Positions 27,654-37,011 of a DNA stretch of 53,151 nt are shown piece after piece. Position numbers and translations under genes: made by a program. This stretch comes from an uncultured Candidatus Saccharibacteria bacterium (GTDB lineage Bacteria > Patescibacteriota > Minisyncoccia > Phycocordibacterales > PALSA-1337): contig CAZBVQ010000004.1 of NCBI GenBank assembly GCA_964495685.1, forward strand, positions 1 to 53,151. The letters run 5' to 3'. How positions within the stretch are numbered: position 1 is the stretch's first letter; each line of letters starts with the position of its first letter. The notes under the pieces were generated by a model. It was not told the DNA's origin and made no database searches. It saw only the letters and a program-made list of their open reading frames with translations.

Positions 27654-28739
27654 TTAGTTGTATTGGAGTGTATGTGACAATCTTTTTATAATATGCCGAG
27701 TCATTGCGTCGATGCGAAAATATCTGACGAATGCCTGACGAGCATTACGTTGCATCTCTTCAAATTTCTCAGAAGAGACGCTCCAGTGAAAATCGGCGAC
27801 GATATCTGGCAACCTGTTGATATCACGAAAATCGACGACTATGGCAAATGACGAGTAGTCAATTTCGTCAGAAAAAGGAAATATCCGTTCCGTATCAACA
27901 ATGACCGGTATGCGTCCCAGAGAAAGAATCTCAAATAGACGAGCCGAATTGTTTGCATCACCACGGACATCGAGCGCGTAATCACTATCAAGAATAGTAT
28001 CGGCCATCTCGCGACGCAATTGTTTCATGTCTCCTATAGCAGTCTTGGGATTGGCAGAGAATGAACTGCGCAAGCGGAAGTTGGTGGTTATCCGAGGAGA
28101 ATGTCTAAGAAAACTAAGTGCTCGTTGTCTCCAGATAATCCCTTTGGCGCAAGCACGATAGCGTGCATCATATATACCACGGAGGCGTCCAGGTACCCCT
28201 TTGATGACCCGACGCAGCTGTTGTTTCCACGTAATATGTGCCCACCCTGCAAAACCGATTACCGGCTTATTGGAACTTTTGCGTCGAACCCTGAGTTGCC
28301 CACCTTCACATCGTTCAAGTAAGTCATCCACCATAAGTGGTATATGAACAGTGCGAGGCTCGGGCATAAATCGATACCCACCATACCGAAGCATATACGT
28401 ATTTTCATCAGGGGCAGGATTATGTGCATCCCCTGAACCATCGATCACCAAGGGCAGACGATGTTCTTGTGCTGTGCGACGACACTCTTCGAGCAGCGCG
28501 GCCTGGGAACGAAGCATCCAGTTGTGATTATATGGTGCAAGTACTGCATCAGCCTCACTAATAACCTCAGTAATAGCATAACATGAGGTATCAGGAGAAT
28601 AGCTATCAAACATGCTGCGAGAAAAAATGGATGTCTTTTCGTACGGATTTCCCCATAACGGATTGAGCAAATACACATGAGCGCCCGAACGACGCCACGC
28701 AGGATTGACATAGAATGTAAAAGGTTTCGATGAAGTCAT
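27654..28739 (-). CDS. Exostosin-family (GT47-like) glycosyltransferase
   Basis: IGFAGW, DYALDVRGDANNSARLFEILSLGRIPVIVD and FPFSDEIDY. Confidence 0.8.
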   Translation of the reverse strand: MTSSKPFTFYVNPAWRRSGAHVYLLNPLWGNPYEKTSIFSRSMFDSYSPDTSCYAITEVISEADAVLAPYNHNWMLRSQAALLEECRRTAQEHRLPLVIDGSGDAHNPAPDENTYMLRYGGYRFMPEPRTVHIPLMVDDLLERCEGGQLRVRRKSSNKPVIGFAGWAHITWKQQLRRVIKGVPGRLRGIYDARYRACAKGIIWRQRALSFLRHSPRITTNFRLRSSFSANPKTAIGDMKQLRREMADTILDSDYALDVRGDANNSARLFEILSLGRIPVIVDTERIFPFSDEIDYSSFAIVVDFRDINRLPDIVADFHWSVSSEKFEEMQRNARQAFVRYFRIDAMTRHIIKRLSHTLQYN

Positions 28740-29782
28740 AGTAAAGTCTGGATGAGTCTATCGATCGCCTGAGCAAATACCTGGGAAGTATATAGGCGAG
28801 AAACTTTCTGGTGCCCTGAGTCCGCCAAGCGTTGTCGTCGAGCACTGTCACTGAATAGTGCTTCGAGTTCACGTACCAATCCATCGATATCTCCCACGGG
28901 TACAACTGACAGATCTTCACCAGGGATAAAATAATCCGAAACCCATGAGCGATGCGTCGTCACAACCGCTTTCTGAGAAGCAAGTGCATCCAATATCACG
29001 GTCTGACCAGAACAATCAGAGCCTTGAGGCACAGCAACAGTCTTGGATGTTACCACAACAAGTCGAGCTCGCTGGTAGAGATCACGAATCGTCATAGAAT
29101 CTTGATCATAGAGGATAGTCACATTGGCAGGAATGTCCCATTCCTCCGAGATATTTCGTGGCGAAGCCACAATGACAAAACGATATGGTAAGCGAGAGGC
29201 CGCCTTGATCAGAGTTTCATAATCTCGACCAGCATCACGGCCCACACTTAGTATGAAATCTTCTTCATGCGCCCGTGTAGGTCGAAAAAAATCTGCATCA
29301 ATACCGAATGGAATATATACAAGCCGCGCTTCAGGAATCCCAAGATTGATCAAATCAACTCGCTGTTCCGAAGAAATACAGATAATGCGCGAATAACTTC
29401 CCCACCATGTCTTGAGTATGAACCTCTGTATAGGATGATCGGCATGCTTCTGTATCAATGTGGATGAATGAATAGCCAGATATACCCAACGCGTCGGTAG
29501 CTGAAATAATCGAGCACATAGACTGACTACGTACCCGAGCAAGAAATTGTCTTGGGCAATAATGACTCGATAGCGCAGCAACATCGGAATGCGTAGTAAT
29601 CCCACCAGAGACTTTGACGGTATAACGACATCATCCATACCCACGAGATAGTTGAGACCATGAAGTGCCGTGTCAGGACCACGTCTTGCATCTAGGTCGT
29701 TCATAATGTGTTGACGGGAACTGGTAAAGATGAAGATACCTCGGCGCAGCTTCGGTGCGGCTGTGGAAGAGGTACACGTCAT
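28736..29782 (-). CDS. Glycosyltransferase family 4
   Basis: PFGIDADFF, SVGRDAGRDY and GQTVILDALASQKAVV. Confidence 0.85.
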   Translation of the reverse strand: MTCTSSTAAPKLRRGIFIFTSSRQHIMNDLDARRGPDTALHGLNYLVGMDDVVIPSKSLVGLLRIPMLLRYRVIIAQDNFLLGYVVSLCARLFQLPTRWVYLAIHSSTLIQKHADHPIQRFILKTWWGSYSRIICISSEQRVDLINLGIPEARLVYIPFGIDADFFRPTRAHEEDFILSVGRDAGRDYETLIKAASRLPYRFVIVASPRNISEEWDIPANVTILYDQDSMTIRDLYQRARLVVVTSKTVAVPQGSDCSGQTVILDALASQKAVVTTHRSWVSDYFIPGEDLSVVPVGDIDGLVRELEALFSDSARRQRLADSGHQKVSRLYTSQVFAQAIDRLIQTLL

Positions 29783-30783
29783 GAGTGTAGGAATTCAAGC
29801 AAGCGCGGAATGAGCATACGTAACGAATGATTGTTACGTACATACTCAACCAATACCTGAGGCGCAATCTGTGTGTGCGCGGAAATAATGGCAGCAATAT
29901 CAGTAGCCGTCGGCGAGGCAGGAATGATCGGCAAGCCTCCGAGAGCTGTACTCGTTGAAATTACACTGAGTCCGCAAGCCATCGCCTCTAACACTACCTT
30001 GTCCAAACTACCCGTCTCACTGGTATGGATCAAATAGGAAACTGTCTGATAGTAATCACGTACTTTATCTGCAGAGAGAGGTCCTAGAAATTCCACCTGA
30101 GACTTCATTGTAGAGGCCAATGCACGAAGACGGTCTTCTTCAGGTCCTGAACCTGCAATACGTAAAGGCACCCCGGCCAACGCCGCAGCCGTGACAGCGA
30201 TATCATGCCGCTTGGTCGGCATCAATCTTCCTACCGACAGCAGACAGTTTTCACGTGTGAGTGAAGATCTTGGCGAAAAGAACTCAACATCGATGCCGTG
30301 ACCCACCACACGCTTTTTGTCACTCTGTAGACGCAAACTCTCAGTTGAGGCGGTAAAAATAATGTCTACGCATCTTTCTGCTAGCCTCAAGCTCCAACTA
30401 ACTGCCTTGTGGGTATACCATAGAGCCACCTTCTTGTGCATAAGACGCCAAAGTGCCCAGCCCAAGATCACGTAGATCTGATTCATGTGCACGAAGACTG
30501 CATCATATTCGTCCCTGAGCTGCCAGATAAAGCGATAATAACGCACCAAATATAGTAACCTGGAGAAAAAGGTGAAACTACCTAACATCTCTCTGCTGAC
30601 CTTTCTTTTTTCTTTGCCGAGAGAATAGACACGCACATTCTGCGGGAGATCATGTTCACCTGCACTGAGACAAATAACGACCACTGACTCACAATACCGA
30701 GCGAACTCGACGATCCATCTATGAAAAAAACCCAATATCGGGTCGTCACGATCAACTGTTTGGGTCACGATTAGCAATCTCAT
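29779..30783 (-). CDS. Glycosyltransferase family 4
   Basis: VGHGID, LSVGRL..TK and SLDKVVLEAMACG. TATAAT lies 9 nt upstream. Confidence 0.88.
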   Translation of the reverse strand: MRLLIVTQTVDRDDPILGFFHRWIVEFARYCESVVVICLSAGEHDLPQNVRVYSLGKEKRKVSREMLGSFTFFSRLLYLVRYYRFIWQLRDEYDAVFVHMNQIYVILGWALWRLMHKKVALWYTHKAVSWSLRLAERCVDIIFTASTESLRLQSDKKRVVGHGIDVEFFSPRSSLTRENCLLSVGRLMPTKRHDIAVTAAALAGVPLRIAGSGPEEDRLRALASTMKSQVEFLGPLSADKVRDYYQTVSYLIHTSETGSLDKVVLEAMACGLSVISTSTALGGLPIIPASPTATDIAAIISAHTQIAPQVLVEYVRNNHSLRMLIPRLLEFLHS

Positions 30784-30825
30784 GGTAGAAGCATTATAGC
30801 CGAATCCTCTAGGTTTACAACGAGT

Positions 30826-31872
30826 CTATAGTCGAGTAGAACCGATGGCGCCAATGACTCCCGATGCCACCGCCGTAGGAGTCCAATCAACTATTGTAGC
30901 CCCCACTTCCCTAGCAACACCGACATCCGTTGAAATAATTGTGCACCCCGCTGCTGTGGCCTCAACCAAAGTCATACCATAACCTTCAAACAGAGAAGTG
31001 TTCAGAAACAAATCGGCTGTTTTGTAGTAAGAAATCAACACCTCACTACCTATCCAGTCTTCAAATACTACAGTACTCCCCGACGAGCCCGCAAGACCGA
31101 GTTCTTTAGCTATTTTCTTTAATCTATCCTTTTCACTTCCACTGCCTAGGATAACCAATCCAGCCTTTGGTAATTTTTTCACTACCTCTTTCCAGGCCCT
31201 GATCCCTAAGATAAAATTCTTCTCCTTTTCCAATCTTCCAGCCATGAGTACAATCACTTCAAACTGCGGATATTTCTTGTGCAGATCGGCACCGGGAATA
31301 ATGGGCGCGTTCCGTATCCTCTCTGTATCGATCATGATCGGCCTCACCTCCACCCTACCCGCGTCAATCTTGAGTGAGTCGACCAAGAAATTCTTAATCT
31401 TATTCGACACTACACGAATGTGATCTGCTTTGGGTAGATATGACAAGGCCAGCGCTCGCCTGAGCTTATTCGATGCTCGGAAAGCGTATTTGGGACTACC
31501 TAGATCTTCGTGCACTTGTATCTCAAGTGGGATATGGAACTGCTTCTTGAGTGATATGCCCGCCATGGCTGTAAGCGACGCATCTTGGCAAGTGATATTC
31601 GTGATACCACGTCCAGGAACGATGACGCGACCGATCTTCATGGCATCGAATGAGTACTTGAGTTTGAATGCAGATGACGTCGAGTATGCCCAACAATTCG
31701 GCGCAAGAACAACCTCACGAGAACCGCGCGCACGACACGCCTGCGCTGTTTCGAAAATAACAATATGAACCTCGTCCCACTGTTTGGCATACTCGATCTG
31801 ACGTGCACGAACAGCACTACCTTCTGTGAAGATGTTCCGGTCTGTCGATATCATAAGGAGGCGTCTATTCAT
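30826..31872 (-). CDS. Glycosyltransferase family 4
   Basis: MAGRLEKEKN and FEGYGMTLVEA. Confidence 0.88.
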   Translation of the reverse strand: MNRRLLMISTDRNIFTEGSAVRARQIEYAKQWDEVHIVIFETAQACRARGSREVVLAPNCWAYSTSSAFKLKYSFDAMKIGRVIVPGRGITNITCQDASLTAMAGISLKKQFHIPLEIQVHEDLGSPKYAFRASNKLRRALALSYLPKADHIRVVSNKIKNFLVDSLKIDAGRVEVRPIMIDTERIRNAPIIPGADLHKKYPQFEVIVLMAGRLEKEKNFILGIRAWKEVVKKLPKAGLVILGSGSEKDRLKKIAKELGLAGSSGSTVVFEDWIGSEVLISYYKTADLFLNTSLFEGYGMTLVEATAAGCTIISTDVGVAREVGATIVDWTPTAVASGVIGAIGSTRL

Positions 31873-31896
31873 ATTTCGTAATATTAATGCCCCAGA

Positions 31897-32937
31897 TTAA
31901 CGTTCTGTGGCAATCTTCACAATCTCCCCAGCAATATCTTCCCATGAATGCTTGAATGAAATGGCCTGGACCTTTTTGGCCTGTGCAGCACGATTGGACG
32001 GATCTGCCATCCACACTATCTTGTCGACAATATCTTTCTTGTTCAATGGGTTAACGAATATCCCCGCATCTTTGATGCGCTCGGTGATGCCATTCTCTGT
32101 GGTCACGATGAATGGTGTGCCCGTGCGTATAGCGTCGAAGATCATGTTGGGACTGATATCGCCAATAGACACGAGGATAACAGCGTATGAACGACGAATT
32201 TTCTCCACAAAGCTGTCATATACCGCCTTGCCACAATCGAGCTCGATATCGGGCAAATTGAGCCTTCTGACCTCATTTCTAGCCTCTTCGAAGGCCTCCT
32301 TCAAGAGATCAATATTCTTCCATTTGAGCGGACGAGTACCTGCTACGAACATGCGATTCTCAGGTTCGGTGAACACCTCCCGACCGCCGCAGAAATTCTC
32401 GACGATACGACTCTTGGTAGCATCCAGACTATATGCTGATTCGAATATATTCTTCTGCCAGGTCGTACTGAAAATGATGCGGTGGGCACGGCGCAATGCT
32501 TCGCCACCAAGATTGAATATGAGCGGCTCTTTGCCAGCCAATTTGGTCAACGAGGTGGAGTAGAATGAACTGAAAGGCACCATGTCACCCGTACGTTCGA
32601 CGTACGTTTCCCAGAGGAAATCTCCTCCCGTGCGGACGATATATTTCTTGCGCATCAGACGACAGGCGTACATAGCAGGCACTGCGGCAGACCAAGTATC
32701 GAGTACGAGTACGAAATCCGCATTCCAGCCCTTGCGGACCACCTTGAGGAAGTAGAGGATGTGGCGCACGAGCGGCGGAAATGCACGCTCCCAACGGTAA
32801 GCAGCGACTTTGACCTCGTGCGCAGGCCTACCCTGCGCATTTTTCATATTCTTCCACGTCTCATAGAGATTCCGAGCATATTGTGCCGGACCTCCGATAT
32901 CGGGCGGATATATACCTGAGGCAATAAGTATTTTCAT
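31897..32937 (-). CDS. Glycosyltransferase family 4-like
   Basis: KILIASGIYPPDIGGPAQY and DISPNMIFDAI..GTPFI. Confidence 0.8.
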   Translation of the reverse strand: MKILIASGIYPPDIGGPAQYARNLYETWKNMKNAQGRPAHEVKVAAYRWERAFPPLVRHILYFLKVVRKGWNADFVLVLDTWSAAVPAMYACRLMRKKYIVRTGGDFLWETYVERTGDMVPFSSFYSTSLTKLAGKEPLIFNLGGEALRRAHRIIFSTTWQKNIFESAYSLDATKSRIVENFCGGREVFTEPENRMFVAGTRPLKWKNIDLLKEAFEEARNEVRRLNLPDIELDCGKAVYDSFVEKIRRSYAVILVSIGDISPNMIFDAIRTGTPFIVTTENGITERIKDAGIFVNPLNKKDIVDKIVWMADPSNRAAQAKKVQAISFKHSWEDIAGEIVKIATER

Positions 32938-32957
32938 CGTGTAGTAAGTCTATCACA

Positions 32958-34172
32958 TTATCTCGATATGACTTCCGTAAACAAATCTCCCATCCGAATA
33001 GAAATGAATTTCCAATTGTAATCCTTTTCGACCATGGCGCGTGCGTTCTTCACAATAAAATCTCGAGACTCTTTATCCTTGAGCAACTTCTCTACTTTCT
33101 GAGCAATACTTTGGGGATTGTTTATTTCACAGAAGAGTCCCGTCTCTCCATCGACAAGAAATTCAGGTATGCCACCGACCGGCGTTGCAATTACGGGAAG
33201 ACCCGTTGCCATCGCCTCCAGGAACGAATTACCAAGCCCTTCAGACAATGATGGGCGTACGAATATGGTGGCGGCACGCAGATACGGTGGCAATTCTGAT
33301 TGTGGCATGAACGGCAAGAATGTGACACGCGCATCGAGTTTGAGTTGGGAGACCAGCTGTCGGAGTTCATGCTCGAGATGTCCACCGCCGATAGACAAGA
33401 ACTTCACCGTCGGGCCAAGCAACGACAATGCTTTGATGGTATCGGCCACGGCATTCTTGACCACCAACCTACCCGTCGTAATAAGAAGTGTGTCGCTCGG
33501 AGAAATACCGAGACGCTGACGCACTGACGTATCAGCATCGAGTGAGCCATACGTCGAGAAGAGTGACAAGTCGACCCCATTGGGCACCACTGTTATCGGA
33601 CATGTCGCACCCATCTCCTTGGCCCAGTCGGCAAGATATGTAGATATGGCATGAATGTGATCGGTGACTCGGAATAATTTCTTAAAAAAGGGATAGTTAA
33701 TGCCGACACGCTTGCGAATATGCGAGAACGGGTCACCTTCTTGCAACGTGAGTATCAGTTTCACTTTCTTGTGCATGAGCTTGAAGAAGAGCGCCGGACC
33801 AGAAGCGTAGTTGGCCATGATCGACCAGGTGAGATCATACTGACGTTCACCGTGCAATCGGAGCGCCTTCATAAGCGCTAGTGGCATGTAGAGATATTTG
33901 AGTGCATACAGAGTGAATGATTTGGTACCACCTTTCCAGTGAGGACCTATACGATGCACGTTGATATTGCCGACCCGTTCGAACTTGAGCGACTCTGTGC
34001 GCATGGTGATCATGTCGAATTCAATTTCCTGCGGATCTATACGACGTGTGATTTCTTCGACCGCGACTTCTGCCCCACCGACGAAACGGTGATAGTACAT
34101 AAGGGAAAATATGAGCACGCGGCGGGGTCTACCGACTGGAGGAGTCATAGCTTCATATTTCCACAATTTCAC
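32958..34172 (-). CDS. Glycosyltransferase family 4
   Basis: VGGAE, VPNGVD, TTGRLVVKNA and EGLGNSFLEAMATGLPVIAT.VGGI. Confidence 0.9.
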   Translation of the reverse strand: MKLWKYEAMTPPVGRPRRVLIFSLMYYHRFVGGAEVAVEEITRRIDPQEIEFDMITMRTESLKFERVGNINVHRIGPHWKGGTKSFTLYALKYLYMPLALMKALRLHGERQYDLTWSIMANYASGPALFFKLMHKKVKLILTLQEGDPFSHIRKRVGINYPFFKKLFRVTDHIHAISTYLADWAKEMGATCPITVVPNGVDLSLFSTYGSLDADTSVRQRLGISPSDTLLITTGRLVVKNAVADTIKALSLLGPTVKFLSIGGGHLEHELRQLVSQLKLDARVTFLPFMPQSELPPYLRAATIFVRPSLSEGLGNSFLEAMATGLPVIATPVGGIPEFLVDGETGLFCEINNPQSIAQKVEKLLKDKESRDFIVKNARAMVEKDYNWKFISIRMGDLFTEVISR

Positions 34173-36265
34173 TCGACTTTCAACACCTGCTTGAGAACAT
34201 CTTCCGGCACTTCGGCTGGTGTGGCTGAGGTAGGCTCCATGGACATTTTGGGTACCGGCTTGAGATCCTTGGTCGATGTGAGGGGCTGCGATACTGTATC
34301 GACAGGCAAAACGCTCTTGGTCGAAATCGGTGCGGCAGGATCGCTGGCCTGAGGAGCTGGCTTCGTCTCTGGCGCACCCTTCTTGAGAGCGGCCGCCAAG
34401 GCATCTTTGAGCGCAGCGACATTTTGTGGTGAGGCAATCTTGGGATCCTGCTTGGGTTGAGCTGGTTTGGCTGACAAAGAAGACAACGGGACAGTCTGTT
34501 TGGTAGGTGATTGAATCGGTGCTGGTACAGCTGCTACAGGTTTTGGTGCATCTTGAACTAATACAGGAACTGGCTTTGAAACTTGAACAATGGGTGTAGG
34601 AGCTGGTTTCGGTTGGAGGACAGGTTCAGCTGGAATCGGTTTCTGAGAAACCGATTTTAGAACCAGGGTTTGAGACTGAGCTTGCACGGGAACGTTTGCT
34701 TGTTTTGGCACTGAAGTATTCAAGGTTGACGCCGGAACACTTGGCTTCTGCTGTGTCATGAGTGAAGACAACGCGTCTTTGAGTGATCCGTGTCCACCCT
34801 CCATGTTCGGTGGCGCCTGCTTACTCGGCTCTTTGTCTTTGGGTGCCTGGACCGCAACAGGAGCTACGACTGGAGCTGGCTTTTGCGATTTGACGATCAT
34901 ATCAGAAGCAGATACAGGTATGTTGGCAGCTGCAGCCGGTGCCGCTGGTTTCTTGGCGGCAACCACTGGCTCATGGAATTTGACGATCTCAGCTTCAACA
35001 TCGGCACGCGACTTGGCGAACTGTGTACGTGATGCATCGATGATTTCTTTGACATACGACTGATCTGGGTGCGGGATAGGGCCGAGCGTACGCGCTGAGA
35101 ATGGCTGGGACCCGAGTCCATCAATCATCAACTTCAGGTATATTTGAGCGAATCCCAGATTGACCAAATCTTCAGCCGTAAACACTGGTGCGAATTCTTG
35201 CTCGAGCACTTCACCGTCAGTCGCACCGACACGAAATGCAATCATCGTACCGACGTTACCGAAAACTGCTGGACGAACAATCTCATCCATTTGCTCGATA
35301 TATTGGTGAGCGATCGTGAGGTTGAGCTTATATTTACGAGCCTCAGAGAGAATGTCTGCAAATGATGCGTTGGCGAAGTTCTGGAATTCGTCCACGAAAA
35401 GATAGAAGTTGGGCAACATGTTCATGACACGATCAGACACATCAGCACGTGACATAGCAGCAAGATATATTTTAGTGACCAAGAGACCACCGAGCAGCTT
35501 CATGTTCTCATCACCAATCCTTCCCTTGGACAAATTGATAATGATGATCTTGCGACTATCCATGGCCTCACGGAAATCGAATGATGAGACTGGCTGGCCG
35601 ATCATATTGCGGATCAGTGGGTTGGCAGTGAATTGACCGACCTTGTTCTGGATGGCAGGTACCGCTTCGGCGGCCTGACGTTCGGTATAGTTGGCGAATT
35701 CTTTGACCCAGAACGCTTTGACTGACGGGTCAGTAATATGAGAAACAATTTCTTTGCGGTACTCCTTGTCCGAAAGCATGCGGTTCACGCCGAGCAGAGT
35801 CGTGTTGGGCGCTTCGAGCAAGGCGAGAAGTGTGTTGGTCAAGATGTACTCCATACGCGCCGACCATGCATCCACCCATATTTTCTTGAATGTACTCATA
35901 AGACCAGAGACCACGAGGTGACGCTTGGTCGGGTCGACACTTTCGAGCACGTTGAATGAGATCGGGAAATCGACATCGAAGGGCGCAATATGAATCACGT
36001 CTTTGATGCGTTCTTGGGGGACGTATTCGAGGAGGAGGTCTGCCGTCTTGCCGTGAGGATCGATGAATGCCATACCTTCGCCGTTCTGAATATCTTGGAC
36101 GGCCATGTTCTCAAGCAGGGTTGATTTGCCCATGCCTGTCTTGCCGATGACATAGACGTGCTTGGTGCGGTCCTTGGCCTTGATGCCAAACTTGGTCCGC
36201 TTGTTGCGAGCGTCTGTCTCTGCGAAGTATGTTATGCGATTCTCGTCAGTAGGAACGGAGATCAT
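34169..36265 (-). CDS. VirD4/TraG/HerA-like P-loop ATPase (type IV secretion system DNA-binding domain protein) with a Pro/Ala/Lys-rich C-terminal tail
   Basis: Walker A GKTGMGKS, FIDPHG, Walker B LFVDEFQNF and EARKY. About 260 C-terminal residues are low-complexity. Confidence 0.85.
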   Translation of the reverse strand: MISVPTDENRITYFAETDARNKRTKFGIKAKDRTKHVYVIGKTGMGKSTLLENMAVQDIQNGEGMAFIDPHGKTADLLLEYVPQERIKDVIHIAPFDVDFPISFNVLESVDPTKRHLVVSGLMSTFKKIWVDAWSARMEYILTNTLLALLEAPNTTLLGVNRMLSDKEYRKEIVSHITDPSVKAFWVKEFANYTERQAAEAVPAIQNKVGQFTANPLIRNMIGQPVSSFDFREAMDSRKIIIINLSKGRIGDENMKLLGGLLVTKIYLAAMSRADVSDRVMNMLPNFYLFVDEFQNFANASFADILSEARKYKLNLTIAHQYIEQMDEIVRPAVFGNVGTMIAFRVGATDGEVLEQEFAPVFTAEDLVNLGFAQIYLKLMIDGLGSQPFSARTLGPIPHPDQSYVKEIIDASRTQFAKSRADVEAEIVKFHEPVVAAKKPAAPAAAANIPVSASDMIVKSQKPAPVVAPVAVQAPKDKEPSKQAPPNMEGGHGSLKDALSSLMTQQKPSVPASTLNTSVPKQANVPVQAQSQTLVLKSVSQKPIPAEPVLQPKPAPTPIVQVSKPVPVLVQDAPKPVAAVPAPIQSPTKQTVPLSSLSAKPAQPKQDPKIASPQNVAALKDALAAALKKGAPETKPAPQASDPAAPISTKSVLPVDTVSQPLTSTKDLKPVPKMSMEPTSATPAEVPEDVLKQVLKVE

Positions 36266-36304
36266 ACGGGGGTAATTATACCATGAAAAAGAAAAGGTCC
36301 GAGT

Positions 36305-36336
36305 AAAAAACGAGCCCCTCCATTACGGGAGGGGCT
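36305..36336 (-). terminator. Intrinsic terminator
   Basis: Perfect 9-bp stem AGCCCCTCC/GGAGGGGCT with a 6-nt loop, then CG-T6. Confidence 0.85.
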
Positions 36337-36354
36337 GATACGGACAAGGATTGG

Positions 36355-36669
36355 CTAAGCGACACCTGCACCGGCCCGTGACGCTTCACGAACTTGCATC
36401 CGGTGCGTAATCAGTTTGACCTCTTCGCGAGGACGACTCGTGAGGAACGTCCACACGTCGCTACCAGCTGGCACTTGGTCTTGGAATTGGTCACATATTG
36501 GCGGTGGGACCTTTTTACGTCGAGCAAAATCGAGGAGTTCGTGACGATTAGTGAAACGGAAGTTACGAACACGAGCCAGGAAGTTCCGCACGTACTCCAC
36601 AGCTTCGGTGGGTACTGGGACCAACTGGTCATCCTCGATAACCCGAATACGGAGCGCTGATGCTGCCAT
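36355..36669 (-). CDS. Small hypothetical protein (104 aa)
   Basis: Start re-called at MAASAL (36669). Bracketed by a promoter and a terminator. Faint DUF2795-like pattern (F....ELL..AR....P). Confidence 0.55.
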   Translation of the reverse strand: MAASALRIRVIEDDQLVPVPTEAVEYVRNFLARVRNFRFTNRHELLDFARRKKVPPPICDQFQDQVPAGSDVWTFLTSRPREEVKLITHRMQVREASRAGAGVA

Positions 36670-36832
36670 AGTTTGCCTATTTTTAGTTGTACTGCTTGGG
36701 TTTGTACCGACAGTATCAGTGCTCGAGAGTTTGTTTTGTAGGTGAGCGACCAATACTGTGACAGAGAGGGTGTTCAGGAGGAACTGCGACACACGCCGCA
36801 GCTAGAACACTAATCCATCTATCCGAAGTAAA

Positions 36833-36860
36833 ATACTACCACTTATTTGATAAAGCGCAA
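36833..36860 (-). promoter_or_regulatory. Putative promoter TTGCGC-N16-(TGG)TAGTAT
   Basis: Extended -10 TGnTAGTAT at 36841-36833 and -35-like TTGCGC at 36860-36855. Confidence 0.45.
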
Positions 36861-36878
36861 GGGTGTTGGGGACAAGTG

Positions 36879-36980
36879 CCCCGCACGATATGTGCACACG
36901 CCACGATGAACAGATCTTGGCACTCACTCGGCACACCACGATGTCACCTTCATCGTGGCGTGTGCACATATCGTGCGGGG
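36879..36980. repeat. Perfect 32-bp inverted repeat with 38-nt spacer
   Basis: CCCCGCACGATATGTGCACACGCCACGATGAA (36879-36910) and its exact reverse complement (36949-36980). Confidence 0.95.
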
Positions 36981-37011
36981 TGCTTTGTCATTCTTGCAAC
37001 CTGTCCCAAAG

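Noticed and set aside
34200-34960. Pro/Ala/Lys-rich region considered as a tandem repeat or array
   Set aside because: It is low-complexity protein coding with no regular nucleotide repeat unit.
36670-36830. Known riboswitch in the long leader
   Set aside because: I could not recognise the consensus of any known riboswitch class by eye; kept only as an unassigned leader.
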